From: Nitrospirales bacterium
GTDB taxonomy: Bacteria; Nitrospirota; Nitrospiria; Nitrospirales; UBA8639
Length of the DNA: 64,000 nt
Direction: 5' to 3'
Assembly: GCA_965203295.1 (NCBI GenBank)
Contig: CBDBCZ010000004.1
Coordinates: 1 to 64,000 of the forward strand
Part shown: in pieces, positions 26,637-39,329 of the stretch
Layout of the letters: the number at the start of each line of letters is the position of its first letter
How positions within the stretch are numbered: the first letter of the stretch is position 1
Notes under the pieces: model-generated
What the model saw: the letters and a program-made list of their open reading frames with translations, nothing else
What the model was told of the DNA's origin: nothing
The model's database searches: none
Position numbers and translations under genes: made by a program

Positions 26637-28768
26637 TTAATTTACGTTGTTTATAAGAAATCTGTATACAAACACACTGTTTGTGGATGTAACACCACTT
26701 CCGAGATCTATACCAAAGTGATTTTTAACCAGACTGTGACATTCGAGGTAGAAATCATCGCTGTAAGGTTGCGCTGGAGTAGAAGCACGAGTGGTCATTA
26801 ACAGCATCCACAAGCGTGTATCCACACCTTTAATTTCATTCTCAGCACCTTTAAAAGCAAATGTTCACTGTGAGAATAAAACGGAGATATTGAAGATCAA
26901 ACTCTTACCGTAGTATCTGGGCATGTCATAGATGTCATCAGGAATACCACTGGGACAGTTGGCTAGTGCGTTTTGGCGAATCTTGTGACTGTTCCAATAC
27001 ATCTTGAATAGCTCGAGTTCCCGTTGTATAATAGGAAGGAAGACTACGGCCAAGCACTTGCTGTATTAATTTAGTGAAAATACGTATTGATGGAATTTCA
27101 ATAGTTTCATTCAATAATTCAGAGAACACAAACATGACACATTTTTATTTATGAAACATGGTCTTACCGATACTTTTCATCACTGGGTATGAATTCTCCA
27201 GCATGAAGTAGTTCCTAAATATAACATCACCATCATTGTCATGTTGATACGTAGTAGTTCAGCAGTTCATCAAATAATCTTGTACCTTGAAGACATTGAG
27301 CCACCACCCAGTCTTATGGCGGCGTAATTGGGACCATCAGCTTTCAATGCGCTATATAAGTAACATTAACATTATAACAATACCATGCATGCATGCACTA
27401 GAATACCAGTATAAAGCAGTCATTATAGATATGCTTACGATGTTAGCGGGAGATGTCCCATACATTGCACTCTTCTCTCCTGCCAAACTATCGCCATCAT
27501 TCATACGAAAAGCTGCCTGTGCTGCTCCTGTAAGGCCATTCTCAGTACCGCAATCCATACGCAATATAGTAGGGCAACCTATACATTGCAGAAGGTAACA
27601 CAAACTCTCATAATATAGCTTGCTAATAAAAAACCTATATTCCAACCCCTTGAGAAACGTCATTATACCTTTTAACTCTCCAACACATTCAAGATAATAA
27701 TGTAGTATTACTCGTGGGTCATGGTTGGTTGATCCAACCTTGATCCAAAGTATTTTTCGAGAGAAGCTGCAGGGATGGCGAAGAGTACTACATTCAATAA
27801 TAGTCTGTAAGACCGCGTGCTATAACAATCTGTGCTATTGGATTAGTGCTGCCACTTCAAACATACCCATCAACACAGCCGTGAATACAGAAACCAAACG
27901 GGCTCAGCTTGTCGTAGCCGTCCATGTGCCAGCAGTAATTAGGTCCCTATTGTATACATGACATTGTACAATCATGGAATACATACAACACCTGTGTAGA
28001 TTATAAGCTGTATATATATCCTTATGTGCATGGGCATGAGACAGACTTGTTATAGTATTAATACACACATACCCTATTCAGGTACACACGCCGACTTAAG
28101 CAGTGGTTCCGCCGCCGCTGCACACCAATTGGATCCAACTCTTTCAAGATCTGCATCACAGTATCTCTATCAGGGTATATGCAAGTATGCATGACTGTGA
28201 AGGATTAATTGTGGGCTCGTGCTCACTAAGCATACACGCAAGTACAAGTAAATTTACCTTCTTGTAACCACCAAATATTTATCCTTCAAAAGCTTCCACA
28301 TACTTCTGTATCCAATTGTGCAGTTAGAGGTACGCAGTTCACGCTATGCATGTTGAAAATGTTCTTGTCACACACTGATTCAGTGTCATCACTATACAGT
28401 AGCTAGCTCTTGCCAACCTGAATGCAATTCCTCACAACTTGCTCAGGAGCATAGGCTCGTCATGACACACCTAACCTCTTATACTCGGCTTTTAACCATG
28501 TTAAGCTAAAAGGGATAGAATATTTTTAGCTTCACGCATGCGGATGCAGTCATTAGCGTTGTGTGCCCCTAGCCTACCCTCGCTTGATTCCATGCACTTC
28601 TTCGAGCCTTGCCAGCACCAGTTTATATGGCCTCCAGGAATAGAAGTACTTGAGCAGTATTTCTGTTAACAAGCGGAAAACTGATAATAATAGCTAGGAT
28701 GTGGCAGCAATGAACACGCTACACTTACGGTCCAGTTTGGCTTTGGTTAGCTCTATCTTCCTCGCCAT
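26637..28768 (-). pseudogene. IS3EU DDE transposase (integrase-core type), about 12 exons, two premature stops
   Basis: MARKIELTKAKL; YFYSWRPYKLVLARLEEVHGI (HTH-like); [88 protein letters not shown] stops at 28462-28460 and 27339-27337. Confidence 0.88.
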
Positions 28769-28889
28769 CACGCTTGTGACAAACAACTAGGAATAATATT
28801 TCCCGGTATATTATTATGTGCAACATGAATGCAAGAGTACTATTAAACAGCTCGAATGCAACATCGTGAACTGGATGGAGGAATGCAAA

Positions 28890-29131
28890 CCGTGAACGCG
28901 AATGCAAAATCGTAAACGCGAAAGCAAAATCGTAAATGCGAATGTAAAATCGTAAATGCGAATGCGAAATCGTAGAACGCGAATGCGAAATCGTAAACGC
29001 GAATGCGAAATCGTAAACGCGAATGCGAAATCGTAAATGCGAATGCGAAATCGTAAATGCGAATGCGAAATCGTAAATGCGAATGCGAAATCGAAAACGC
29101 GAATGCACGAGCGACTGTCTCGGCCACCGTA
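28890..29131 (-). repeat. Right TIR with ~10-11 tandem 20-bp units
   Basis: cgcgaatgcgaaatcgtaaa array, degenerating inward. Confidence 0.95.
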
Positions 29132-29426
29132 CTTTTCTCATTTGAAGTCCCTGCAACTGCAATACTATAGAATGTGTTAGTTCTCTCATCAGATCTTCCA
29201 CTTGAAAATCTATGATTGGGGTTATAAACAAATTCTATTTTGTTGCATTCTCCAAGTACAAGAATTGGTGGGACAACTGCCAAAGTGTCACAGAGAGAAC
29301 CCTGGCATCTTTCATGTCTGCCACCTCAAGGACTCATGTTGGAATCTATGGCAACTCCGATCCACGGGATATTTCACAATGGGTGCCTATTCTGGCACTT
29401 AACGTACCAGAATCAGAAGGCCAGGT

Positions 29427-29556
29427 TTGTGTGTGTGTGTGCGTGTGCGTGTGCGTGTGCGTGTGCGTGTGCGTGTGCGTGTGCGTGTGCGTGTGCGTGT
29501 GCGTGTGCGTGTGCGTGTGCGTGTGCGTGTGCGTGTATGTGTGTGTTTGCGTGTGT
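29427..29556. repeat. (GT)n/(GTGTGC)n microsatellite
   Basis: Directly visible. Confidence 0.95.
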
Positions 29557-30159
29557 ATTGCTGACACATTTTTCGATCTAGGTCATTACCATTTAGTGTG
29601 TTTGTGCGTGTGTGCTTGCGTTCTTGTGTGTGTGTGCTTGCGTTCATGTGTGTATGAGCCGACATTCAGAATATAGTCTATCGAGCTCCGCATTTAATAG
29701 TAATGAGCTCTGCTAGACCCTAAGTGCAGAGGGTCTAGTTCAATAGACTAATCACAATATTGCTAACACATTTGTTACTGTATATAGCTATGCTTGTCAT
29801 TATTTACTAGTTATTATGTGCTTGTGTGACACTGCATTATTGTTGACCAGTTATCCCCTGAGGAGCTGACATACTAGCAGGAAGACTCTGTTTGCACATA
29901 CACAACAGGGGTCAGTTGGCATCGTGTGTCAAGATGTTTTAACTTCCCTACACATTTAAGTACTGTATGCTTATACCGGAGATTTTGATGACCCTAGTGC
30001 CATCATCACTGGTTTGCAGTATACCTATGGCACTGAAGACATTACTGAACTGGTAAGTTTGCATTACGAAGTACATGTACACTGATTTACTTTTGATGGA
30101 TGTACATATAGCTAAATACTGTGTTGGACGTATTCTATTATAGGAGTTGCTCCATTTGG

Positions 30160-30361
30160 CTTTAGCTAAGTATAGGTTAGAGACCAGATGCAAGTCACTA
30201 CGAGGTTTTAGAAACCGAGGGTGAGGGGCGTGAATGATGCTATAGTGACCGAGGCGAAGCCGAGGTTACTATCTATGCTATTGCAGCATTCTCGCCCCGA
30301 CCACGAGGTTTCAAACCGAGTAGTGACTCGCACCTGGTCTCTAACCTATACTTAGCTAAAG
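30160..30361. mobile_element. Palindromic MITE
   Basis: ctttagctaagtataggttagagaccag / ctggtctctaacctatacttagctaaag, with central gaggcgaagccgagg. Confidence 0.8.
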
Positions 30362-30725
30362 CTCCGGGCTGGGTGTCTGCCTTTGGGAGTGGAGACCGGG
30401 CGTTACCGGACTCTTAAGGCTCCCCTGGAGTGGCGGGTCTGTCAGGTTTGCAATACAGATTTTGTTGAGGATGAATTTCATTTTGTTATGGTATGTAATA
30501 AACTCGAACATGAAAGGAATAACTTACTATATATCACTCTAAAGGACCTGTCATTCATGCACCTAAACCCTTTTAATAAGTTTCTGTATATATTAAGAAA
30601 TGAATCGTGTTATCATATCTTATTGGCTAAATGTTTGTATAAAATGTTTACTGGGCACCATTATATATACATAATTTTTTTGTATTATAATGGGCATGTA
30701 AACTTTGATTGATTGATTGATTGAT
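30362..30725 (+). mobile_element. 3' fragment of an RTEX-like LINE with (TGAT)n tail
   Basis: LRAGCLPLGVETGRY...RVCQVC..VEDEFHFVMVC, then ttgattgattgattgattgat. Confidence 0.75.
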
Positions 30726-31046
30726 CTATTTGGACAGTTAAAAACAACATAGAGTAAATGATCAGTACAGCAGAATCAATACAACATAGGATGGGGTACC
30801 TGTTGCTCTGGTTGAGGTAGGGATGATTTCTTACCACCATGACACCCTAGGGTATGCTGAAGGGGAGAAAGGTCAGTGTCAATTGCTTCAATATATATAC
30901 ATCATCCTGTTACAGCACAACGATACAGGGATTATCATCCTGCAGTCTGTTTAGTGTGTTAGGCTAGCTTGCGGCATGAAGGGAAGAAACAGACAGATTC
31001 CCACCCACATAAATGTACTACCTATGAAATAATTCCAAAGTTATTG

Positions 31047-31322
31047 TAGTCTCGTGCCCAGCCCCACGTTAGGAAGTTGGGTCTGGCTCCCCGCATATTC
31101 AAAGTTGGGGCAGCATTACGTCAGCGGTCCCAGATCTGGACCGGCAATCTGATTGATTACTTATAGTATTACATCACTAAACGGTTGTAGTATCCGGATA
31201 TCTACACGAATGGCCACATGGACACTTTCCGTTTGGTGATGTAATATGATGTAACGCTAACCCAACTTTGAATATACGGGGAGCCAGACCCACTTTCTAA
31301 CGTGGGGCTGGGCATGAGACTA
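31047..31322. mobile_element. MITE with TAG...CTA ends and ~62-bp TIRs
   Basis: tagtctcgtgcccagccccacgttag / ctaacgtggggctgggcatgagacta. Related ends at 50158-50757 and 38898-39032. Confidence 0.85.
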
Positions 31323-32045
31323 AAGTTATAGGGGTTCATTCCTTAAGGACAAACTGTTAGTAATTATTCATCAGAATGAGAATATCTCAAGGGACACAAT
31401 CTACCAGGGGTTGAGACCAACCTCTTGCTTGTCTCTAGCTTATACCAGATTCCTTTGCAATGATCATGGTAGTAGCTATATAGACAAACAATCATCCAAA
31501 CCTTGTAGTTACTTGGCTGCCCCAACTTTTTTCACTTACAGTAAGTGAAAAAAAAGCTCTGACCGCTGGGTATGAGGGCTACCAGAAACATATTGTGAAG
31601 AGATGATGAAAGCCATGTATATAAAATTACAGGAACTAGATATAATCTTGTGACACATGTAACAAGATGGTGAATAAAGAACGTCACATCAAGCAGACAT
31701 CTGTACTCTCTGAATCGGACTGTCCACTTTCTGCATAAGCCTATCTCTCTGCTCAGGAGATTGTCAGGTTTCCCCTGGATGTGATGAGCTGCTGGATGCC
31801 AACTCTGAATGTACGTCTGCAACAGATATAATTGAGGAAGAATATACTATGTAATCATGAACCGGGTTCTACTAAGGGAACAATCAGCATTTTGATGTGA
31901 ATGAGTAAGGTTGAAGATTTTCAGTTTTTGGGTATACATATGTTCAAGATGTGATTCTGCAAAATTATTTAATTCCCTCAGCCAGATATATGAGCAACTA
32001 CATGTAGTATATTGAAAAGAAAAAATGCTTAATAAATTACAAAAA

Positions 32046-32265
32046 ATTAGCAAAAAGAAAAAATTTCTAGTGAGCGTTTTTTAAAAGTTTCACCCAAAGA
32101 TTAGCAACAGCAAACACTTGACGTTAATTCTGGTGAGTGTTTTAAAAAGAGAAAGAAAAAAGAGAAAAGTTTCACCCAAAGATTAGCAACAGCAAACACT
32201 TGGCGTTAATTTCTGGTGAGCGTTTTAAAAAAAGAGAAAAAAAAAAGAAAAAGTTTCACCCAAAG
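32046..32265 (+). repeat. ~78-bp tandem repeat, about 3 copies
   Basis: aagtttcacccaaagattagcaacagcaaacacttg..tctggtgag units. Confidence 0.8.
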
Positions 32266-32401
32266 GGCCAGGATGTGAAAGCTCAAGCGGCTAACGAACA
32301 AGAACTGACCCCGATGGATCCACTCCGCAGCGCGTACAGGTTTATACTGGAATTAAGGGAGGTAGGGGGCGGTCCCTAAGCCATAATGCCCCAAACCTTC
32401 A

Positions 32402-32473
32402 GTGCACGAGCCGAGATTCGAACTCGCGATCACTGTCTCCAGACACTGCGCTACTGCTCCCAGCACCACGAGG
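32402..32473 (-). other. tRNA-derived sequence 1 (Pol III A/B boxes; not a canonical tRNA)
   Basis: Minus strand cgtggtgctgggagc...cgagttcgaatctcg gives a T-arm hairpin and B box. Confidence 0.5.
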
Positions 32474-32559
32474 GTGTTGGTGACAAGAGTCAAACATTTC
32501 TCTCTTTTATGTTAGCACTACTTTTATACACATCCGCAAAAGAAAAAAGGAAAATTGAA

Positions 32560-32630
32560 GTTCCCGGGCGGATTCGAACCCGCGACCTTTTCATTTGAAG
32601 GCGAGGCGATTACCGCTAAGCCACGCCTGC
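32560..32630 (-). other. tRNA-derived sequence 2 (Pol III A/B boxes; not a canonical tRNA)
   Basis: Minus strand gcgTGGCTTAGCGGt...aggtcgcgGGTTCGAATCCg. Acceptor and anticodon stems pair poorly. Confidence 0.55.
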
Positions 32631-32732
32631 TTCTGGAAATTTGATATAAAATTTTTCAGTTAAATAAGGGGTATGGCAATAGGCGCGAACAGCTCGAGGT
32701 TGCACTGCCGGGCCTTAATTTTTTTTTTTTGT

Positions 32733-32771
<39 letters not shown>

Positions 32772-33971
32772 GGGGAAGCTTATGACGTACGGTCGTTTCA
32801 GAATTATTCGTTTTGCCGACTAAAGCTACAAACGACAGCAACCGATCCAGATACGTAGAGGTCTAGCACATTAAATTTTAATAGTCTAATTCTAACTAGC
32901 TAGCTAGCTACAACTTCTACCATCGATAATATAGCCTAGATCTAACCTAGGGTATAATATCTATGCTTCTACCCACCATGGGATCGCTTACAGTATTGCA
33001 GTAAGCTTATCTGCATCGCTTGCAGTAAAGTGGATACTGCAAGTGATCATGATCCCTTGGTGGGTAGAAGTTGGCCAGTCTACGCATAGATAATATAGCT
33101 ACCCTGTTAACTGCACGGCGCTAAGTTGTAACCCAGCCTTTACGTAATCTCGTAGGCCATACTAACTCTGGCCCGCGAGACTAGCCTTTTGCGTGTCTGC
33201 ATACATATCATGTAGCTATACTGTTGAAATTTCTGGTCTTTTAAACGCTAAGAAAATAATGATATCCAACCAGGGTTCTATCTAGGATTTTTAGTTTGGG
33301 GGAGAAGATCAGGCTTGAAATTGATAGTGGGTGGGGGGGCTGCGGCCACAGGCCAGAGTGTTCTAGGGGGGTCTCAGAAAATTTTTGTAATTTTGAGCCT
33401 TGTGAGAGTGGTTCTGAGGTATTTTAAGACGTTGTGAGGTCGTGGTAGCTGTGGTATTACAGACACATTCTTAGCTAGTGTACCATACATTACAAGTAAG
33501 TCCTTTAAAGATTGTAAGTAAGTCCTTTAAAGTTTCCCCTGCCGAAAATCATCTAATGTAGTAAGTGAATTACAGTAAAAGAAGTGTTATTAATTAACCA
33601 AATGGGGAAGTAGTAGCAAAAACATGACGTAAGTGTGAAGAAGACATACTCAAGTGGACACTGGAATTAGCACATGAATAAAGTTATCATGTTCCCACTG
33701 TATGTTGCAGTTCTTTTAGAACCCTGCCAACAGTATACATGTACAAGTATAGATTCAATACAAATGTGAGTGATGTTTAAAAAAGTGTGCATATGCGTGA
33801 CACGTAATATATAATCCATGAAAAACGGAGCTGACGTGCACCGGGCCGACATGGCTCCGCCGCCCTTACATGCTAAGCTTAACTGATTTACCCAGCAAGT
33901 GCATGGTTTTGCAATATTAAATACCACAGCTAATAGAGCCCCGTTTTCATTTTATACAGCATTGAATCAGG

Positions 33972-34139
33972 ATGGCATTTGTGACCGATGTGAAAGTGAT
34001 TTCTGGAGGCAATGCAAGTATTCGTCCACCAGATGGATACACTAGGATTGATGTAGATCTAAATGCTGGGGCTGGTGGAAAGTACATATACCTCTGCTAC
34101 CAGAATGGTGGAAGGGCTGATGCAATTAGAGGACTCCAG
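33972..34139 (+). CDS. First exon of a MABP (beta-prism) domain protein; rest not found
   Basis: MAFVTDVKVISG..PPDGYTRIDVDLNAGAGGKYIYLCY followed by donor gtcagt. Confidence 0.65.
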
Positions 34140-34297
34140 GTCAGTGGCAGTTTTGCAGTAGAGACCACTTTGCATGCAAACTAAATCTAGAGCTTGTGAT
34201 GTGGTACAAACAAGATTAAAAAGGGTGTACTTGTCTCGTATATACTGAACACTCCCTAGTACTTATGCTATTAAATATGCCATCAGAATAAGTTGGG

Positions 34298-34703
34298 GAT
34301 TAGTCAGTGCACTTTTCGGCCATTTCCTGAACAAATGGATATTGTGTACTGCACATGTATAAAGTGCTGCTTTTCAGTAAAGTGAATTTTCAATTTTTAT
34401 TTTTCACAAATTACCTCAAATAAGCTGTATTTCGATTAGACTCGGAGTCTTTACTCTGCATGTGGAATTTCACAATAATTTTGTGATGCACAGAACTGAA
34501 TTGGAGATTAGTCAGTGCACTTTTTGGCCATTTCCTGAACAAATGGATATTGTGTAGTGCACATGTAAGTGCTGCTTTTCAGTAATGTGAATTTTGTAGT
34601 AAATTCAATTTTTATTTTTCAAATAAACTCAGATAAGCTGTATTTCGATAAGACTTCACCCTGCATGTGGAATTTCACAATAGTTTTGTGATGCACAGAA
34701 CTG
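34298..34703 (+). repeat. ~205-bp tandem duplication
   Basis: gattagtcagtgcactttt..gatgcacagaactga occurs twice. Confidence 0.85.
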
Positions 34704-34716
34704 AGTTTCTCATGAG

Positions 34717-36478
34717 TGCTGTCAGCCTATCAGCAAGAGATCACAAAGTTGAAGCAACAGCTTGAACACAGGTTCATACAGTTAGTACAATAATTAAGAT
34801 ATAACCACAGCTAGAATACGTGTACAAACATACCAGCCTCAACAGCTAGACCATACTAGCTATTCGCGATAATTGAGATACAGCCCACATCTACATACTG
34901 CTGCTATAGGGGGAATATTTTGGGTCATGAAGAAATTGAGAGGCTTGAAAGAGAAAGGGAGAAAGCTCAAAAGCAAAAGGTGGGAAGGGTGCAATTGAGA
35001 CAAGTCTGCCATGGTGAATCTACTGCTGTTGAAATGATTCTCCCAATACTTCTCCCAATACTTCTCCTTCATAGGCAGCAGTTCTGGAGGCCCACCAACA
35101 ACTAATGAGTCAAACTCAAGCTGAGAGAGATACCTTGTATGGCAAGATAGCAGACCTGGAAAAAGTGGTATTTTGTGAATGATGTATGTAGAGAAGTAAC
35201 ATACATATGTGTGATGTGTACATATGCATGTTTTTGCCAAATTACGTTACTGATCATGTTAGATGTATACGTATACTACCAGCAACCAGCTGCAGAGTTG
35301 TGACGAACCTTTCAATAGCCTGGTAGACTAATGAGTCAACTCTTACCCATGTAGTTTGGAGCAGAATAATGTAGCAATTGTTTTCTTAAATGTTCAGCTT
35401 CTTCATGGTGACAGTAGAGACATTAGTGAGTCTGAAGTGTTCCAATAAGCTATCCAAATGGTTAGACTTGTCAATGATCATATATTACAGTGCAAATATT
35501 TGAACTTATTTCCCTTCCTTTAATTGCTGCTACTAGGCAACAGATCGGATTAGACATGAATCTGAGTCACAGTTAGAGCGCAGGCTTGCTACTGAGAAGA
35601 AAGGTTAGCTTACATTGTACTTTGACCCCAATACCTTCCAAATCCATACATGCAGGGGGTGATAATATTTCGCAGGGCCTGAGATTGTTCTTACCCTGTC
35701 TGACATTAACATTATAAAGCTGTCCACTGCAAATCCTTGTAGAGGTTCAACCCCACCACTTGCTATGTACATACATAGCAATTGATATAATCATGAGTTG
35801 TCATTAATTGCGCAGGCACTAAACTAGTCTATCCCAAGAATTATATGGTAAACACCTACAACAACCCCATTAATAATCAGTACCACTTAATCTAACATAT
35901 CGTAGTATAATAGAGAAGGTGCAGCAGGTATGCTAGCCACAAAAAAATTGTACCAAAATTCTTTGGCCCATCTCAGCTCTAGTTTAGTCAGTTGATTTAG
36001 TATTGTGAGTCTGCACCATGCACTCCACCTTCTGTCCATCTCCAGGCCGCAATTCCTCCCTTAGCTTGGTAAAGTAGTCTCTCTGTTTCTCCACCTCTGC
36101 ACGCTCATCTTGCAGCCTCTATGAATGTACAGTGAAATAGAGTGATGTGTGTGAAAAAAGCCTTTCACCACAAAAAATCTTACAGTGAAGGAGAAACTTA
36201 TGGAGAGGGGAAAAAAGACCATTTTCAACTGAATATGAGGTTAATAACAGCTCAGCTCTTAGCTAATCATATGTACAAATAAACGGTAACTTTTTGCTCA
36301 TACTAAAATCACAAACCTTACGATGGGAGCCCAGCCCTCAGCTTTGACTTTGCAGATCCAAGTCCTTCTCAGGTAGCACAAGCCCTCAGATCACGACAGC
36401 AAAGTAACTGCTACACATAGAACTACCATGAACTATCGGTCAACTTTGCCAGCAGCTGTGATATTGCTACCAGCCAAG
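34717..36478 (+). repeat. Segmental duplicate of 57795-59540 (kinesin-fragment exons)
   Basis: Collinear and highly similar by eye, from tgctgtcagcctatcagcaagag to accagccaag. Confidence 0.9.
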
Positions 36479-39329
36479 CTGTATTACTTTAATTAAAGCT
36501 CCCGCTGCAGCACTCTGGTAACCAATCACAGCCTAACCAACATGGCTAGCACCAGCACTAAAACGACTACAATGCCTAACATATGAACACACCATTCATT
36601 GCATTCAAATGATAGAAAATACAATGATACCGGTATATATTGTTAAAGTATGATAGCATTATCCGTATACATGTACCATCATAGCTACTGTTGCAGTGTA
36701 TGTGTACGCGCATACTCAGACTGTATGTGCATACATATACGTACATAATATGCCCCCTTTCTCACAGGATGACCCAGACACACCAGAAGAGATTGAAAGA
36801 GGATCCTGTGAGTCCATAAGGTTTGTAAAGTCAGGCCATTAATGAAAGTGCTGATTGTTAGAGCTTGAATCTATGCACACTGATGTAAATAGAATCAAGC
36901 TAGTGTTTAATATAACGGTCTTCAGACATTTTCTGCAGTAATTACATTTTATGGGCATTGTTATATTCTTCTTAAAGCTCTAGTCAAGCATTATCCCCTG
37001 TCTGCAGAGAAGTTAAAGGGTGCTTCTAGAACAAAAATGCCATCGACTGGTATGCTTATTAGGAATTGAATTGGCATTTTCACCTATGCTTAATTTATGT
37101 TACATATGTCACACTAATTCTGCCTGTACACTTTGAAATTCTCAGATACCGCATTGTTGTAGGGCATGTGCATAGTATGTGTATGATCCATTTTGTGAGA
37201 AGATATGTGCAGACTCACAGTAATAAATTTACAAACACAATTAAATACATACTGCAGTTAAAACGGTATAGCTGAAAAGTGAATTAGTTTTGAAACGGCT
37301 ACTGTTTCAGTTCACTTAAAGTAGCTATCAAAATCTATCTAATGGAGTGCTCATCTGCTTCATGTTCCCTAGTAGCGTTCAACTCAACAATGAAGTCTAA
37401 ATCAATTGCTACACAATCAACCTACAGACGACGTATGCGTCTTACTTTCTAATTCATGCAATTGGTACATTCTATCATTTTCTCCTTACTTTATAGGATG
37501 TAGGCCAGAGACTTATGGATCTTAATGTGTTTACAGAGATTCAGGGTAGGAACCTGTCACTTCACATACATGTACTATAGCACAGATATATTTTGTGCAT
37601 ATGTTTGCCTTTTGATATGGTTTTGTATGTACATTCATATTTCACCACCAATACAGTGCAACTGCATATAACTGTATATAAAAGCATAAATACAGGAAAA
37701 GTTCTTGATCATGATTCCCTGCAGTTGGCACACAGTTTTTTGTTTCTGACTCGGTGTACTACCAGTTTTGTGAGCCTGCGCTCACGACGATCAGTTCTCG
37801 AGGACCCATGCTTAGCAGATTACAAACCATTCATTTACTTGTAGCACCTTGTATTACAGCTAACTAATCTTTGTTATCCATTCTCACTTGTCATGCTATT
37901 GTCGATCAACCTGGCAATGCACAGTAGCCTTCCTCATATAGTATGCACGTACAATTTCTCACTCTGATGTTTACTCTCTTTTTTGCCTAGACCCGGCTCT
38001 CTAGCAAGTGCCAGTGAATACTCAGGGTCAGTGTAGTACAAAGTACACGGACTATCCCTTCATTACTGGGATGTGAATTGCAGTTAAAGACTGAAAAGTG
38101 GAGTAGCAGATAGGATTGCATTGGGAGTTCAAAAAGGAAACTTTCCCTTTCCTACACACAAACTTTGTAGTTGGGGCTTCTCCACAGTATCATCCTCAGC
38201 ATCCCTGGAGTCTATAGTTTCATTACGAATTTAAGGGGATTTACTGGAGCATTTTGGGCTGTCTGACCTTCAACCATCACAGCTTCATGCTGCTGCTATC
38301 TATGGTATGTTACACTCATATGTACATTGATGCTTGCATGATGAAGGTTGAATTGAGAGAGGGTCAATTATTTAATGTGAAACATGCCACACAGAAACGG
38401 TAAGCACTAAGTACAGTAATGAAGTACACATCACTCTCTCCCAGCCATGGTTACACGTGCGTACAGTATGCACCCATATAATATACGTAGGGGTAAGCAT
38501 ATTATACTGTATTATATATCTTGACATCTAAAATATTAAACGCATAGAGTTAAGCCTCTGTGTAGACATCAAGCACACTGTATATGCCAGACAGCTTTGC
38601 GTGATGAACTATTAGTCACTAACTTGCAGCTGGTCATCTACATCAAGTAGCTAGGCCTTTTAAGTTTGGTCCAACTGGAGCCAGATTTCGTATGTGTTCA
38701 AACTGAAGATATGCAATGGTGCAATCTAGTCTTGTAACATCCTCACCCCTACAAACATTGATGACTAAGGGTTAGCAAGCAGTTATAATTAATGTGTTCA
38801 ATGATGTGGAACCACTACATGTACCTTAAATAGTAAGTACAAGAAGTCATCATCATTCTTAGCCATGAACAAGATTATAGTAGAACTCTTGAGTGAAAAC
38901 ATGTAGACAACAAGAGCGGTGCCTTTTATGTGTCCTGTAGCCTCGTTCCCGGGCTCTACATCCCAGCTTTTCTTCGCACGCTTATTTTACTACGTTAGAA
39001 AAAAGCTGGGAAGTAAAACCCGGGAATGAGGCTGGTGTGCCTGCTCCTTTATCGTCAGATCTTATAGGTTTGTGCATGCAGTTATTACCTTAATATTCCT
39101 GCTCTCTCTTCTCTCAGGTGTGGCACAGTACCCGAGCAAAGTCACTGCGCAGTAAAGCCAGCTCTACCTTTAGGTCTACTCGAAAGAGTAGCTCTGTTTC
39201 CTTCAGCACTGTCTGCAAGGGATACACTGTTTCACAGGTTTGTACATTCACAAGAATGGCACATAAACTGCAGCTGATACATTGTATAATGCAGATAGGT
39301 AGTAATATTATACTCGTGTCGCTATCGTA

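Larger units (their letters stand above)
21071..29131. mobile_element. IS3EU-type DNA transposon, 8061 bp, carrying two genes
   Basis: Ends tacggtggccgagacagtcgctcgtgcattcgcg / cgcgaatgcacgagcgactgtctcggccaccgta. CTTTTC duplicated at 21065-21070 and 29132-29137. Encodes a DDE integrase-like transposase. Confidence 0.9.
15917..30052 (+). pseudogene. TCTN: Tectonic (TCTN1/2/3-like ciliary transition-zone protein) pseudogene, about 13 exons
   Basis: Signal-peptide-like exon from ATG 15917; CSCDVLVEKCNVYCCCD (16506-); IGDPVLV..GFFSL..CHDSNP (18460-); YSLIHNGTG (19810-); RSGSPGYLDGLP (20110-); VRFRESIATGC (20329-20460); VGIYGNSDP..QWVPI (29257-29424); VLYAYTGDFDDP (29909-30052). In-frame stops at 17815-17817 and 29957-29959, plus frameshifts near 16568 and 29272. 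Confidence 0.85.

Noticed and set aside
29240..29676. CVCVCV / HTHT / RTRT ORFs
   Set aside because: Microsatellite translation; only 29257-29424 is a real (Tectonic) exon.
29856..29892. Second hammerhead-like motif (ctgagga-gctg..tagc-aggaagactc)
   Set aside because: The GAAA core is broken and there is no adjacent Penelope ORF; at best a decayed relic.
32402..32630. Functional tRNA genes
   Set aside because: Acceptor and anticodon stems do not pair properly; kept only as tRNA-derived sequence.
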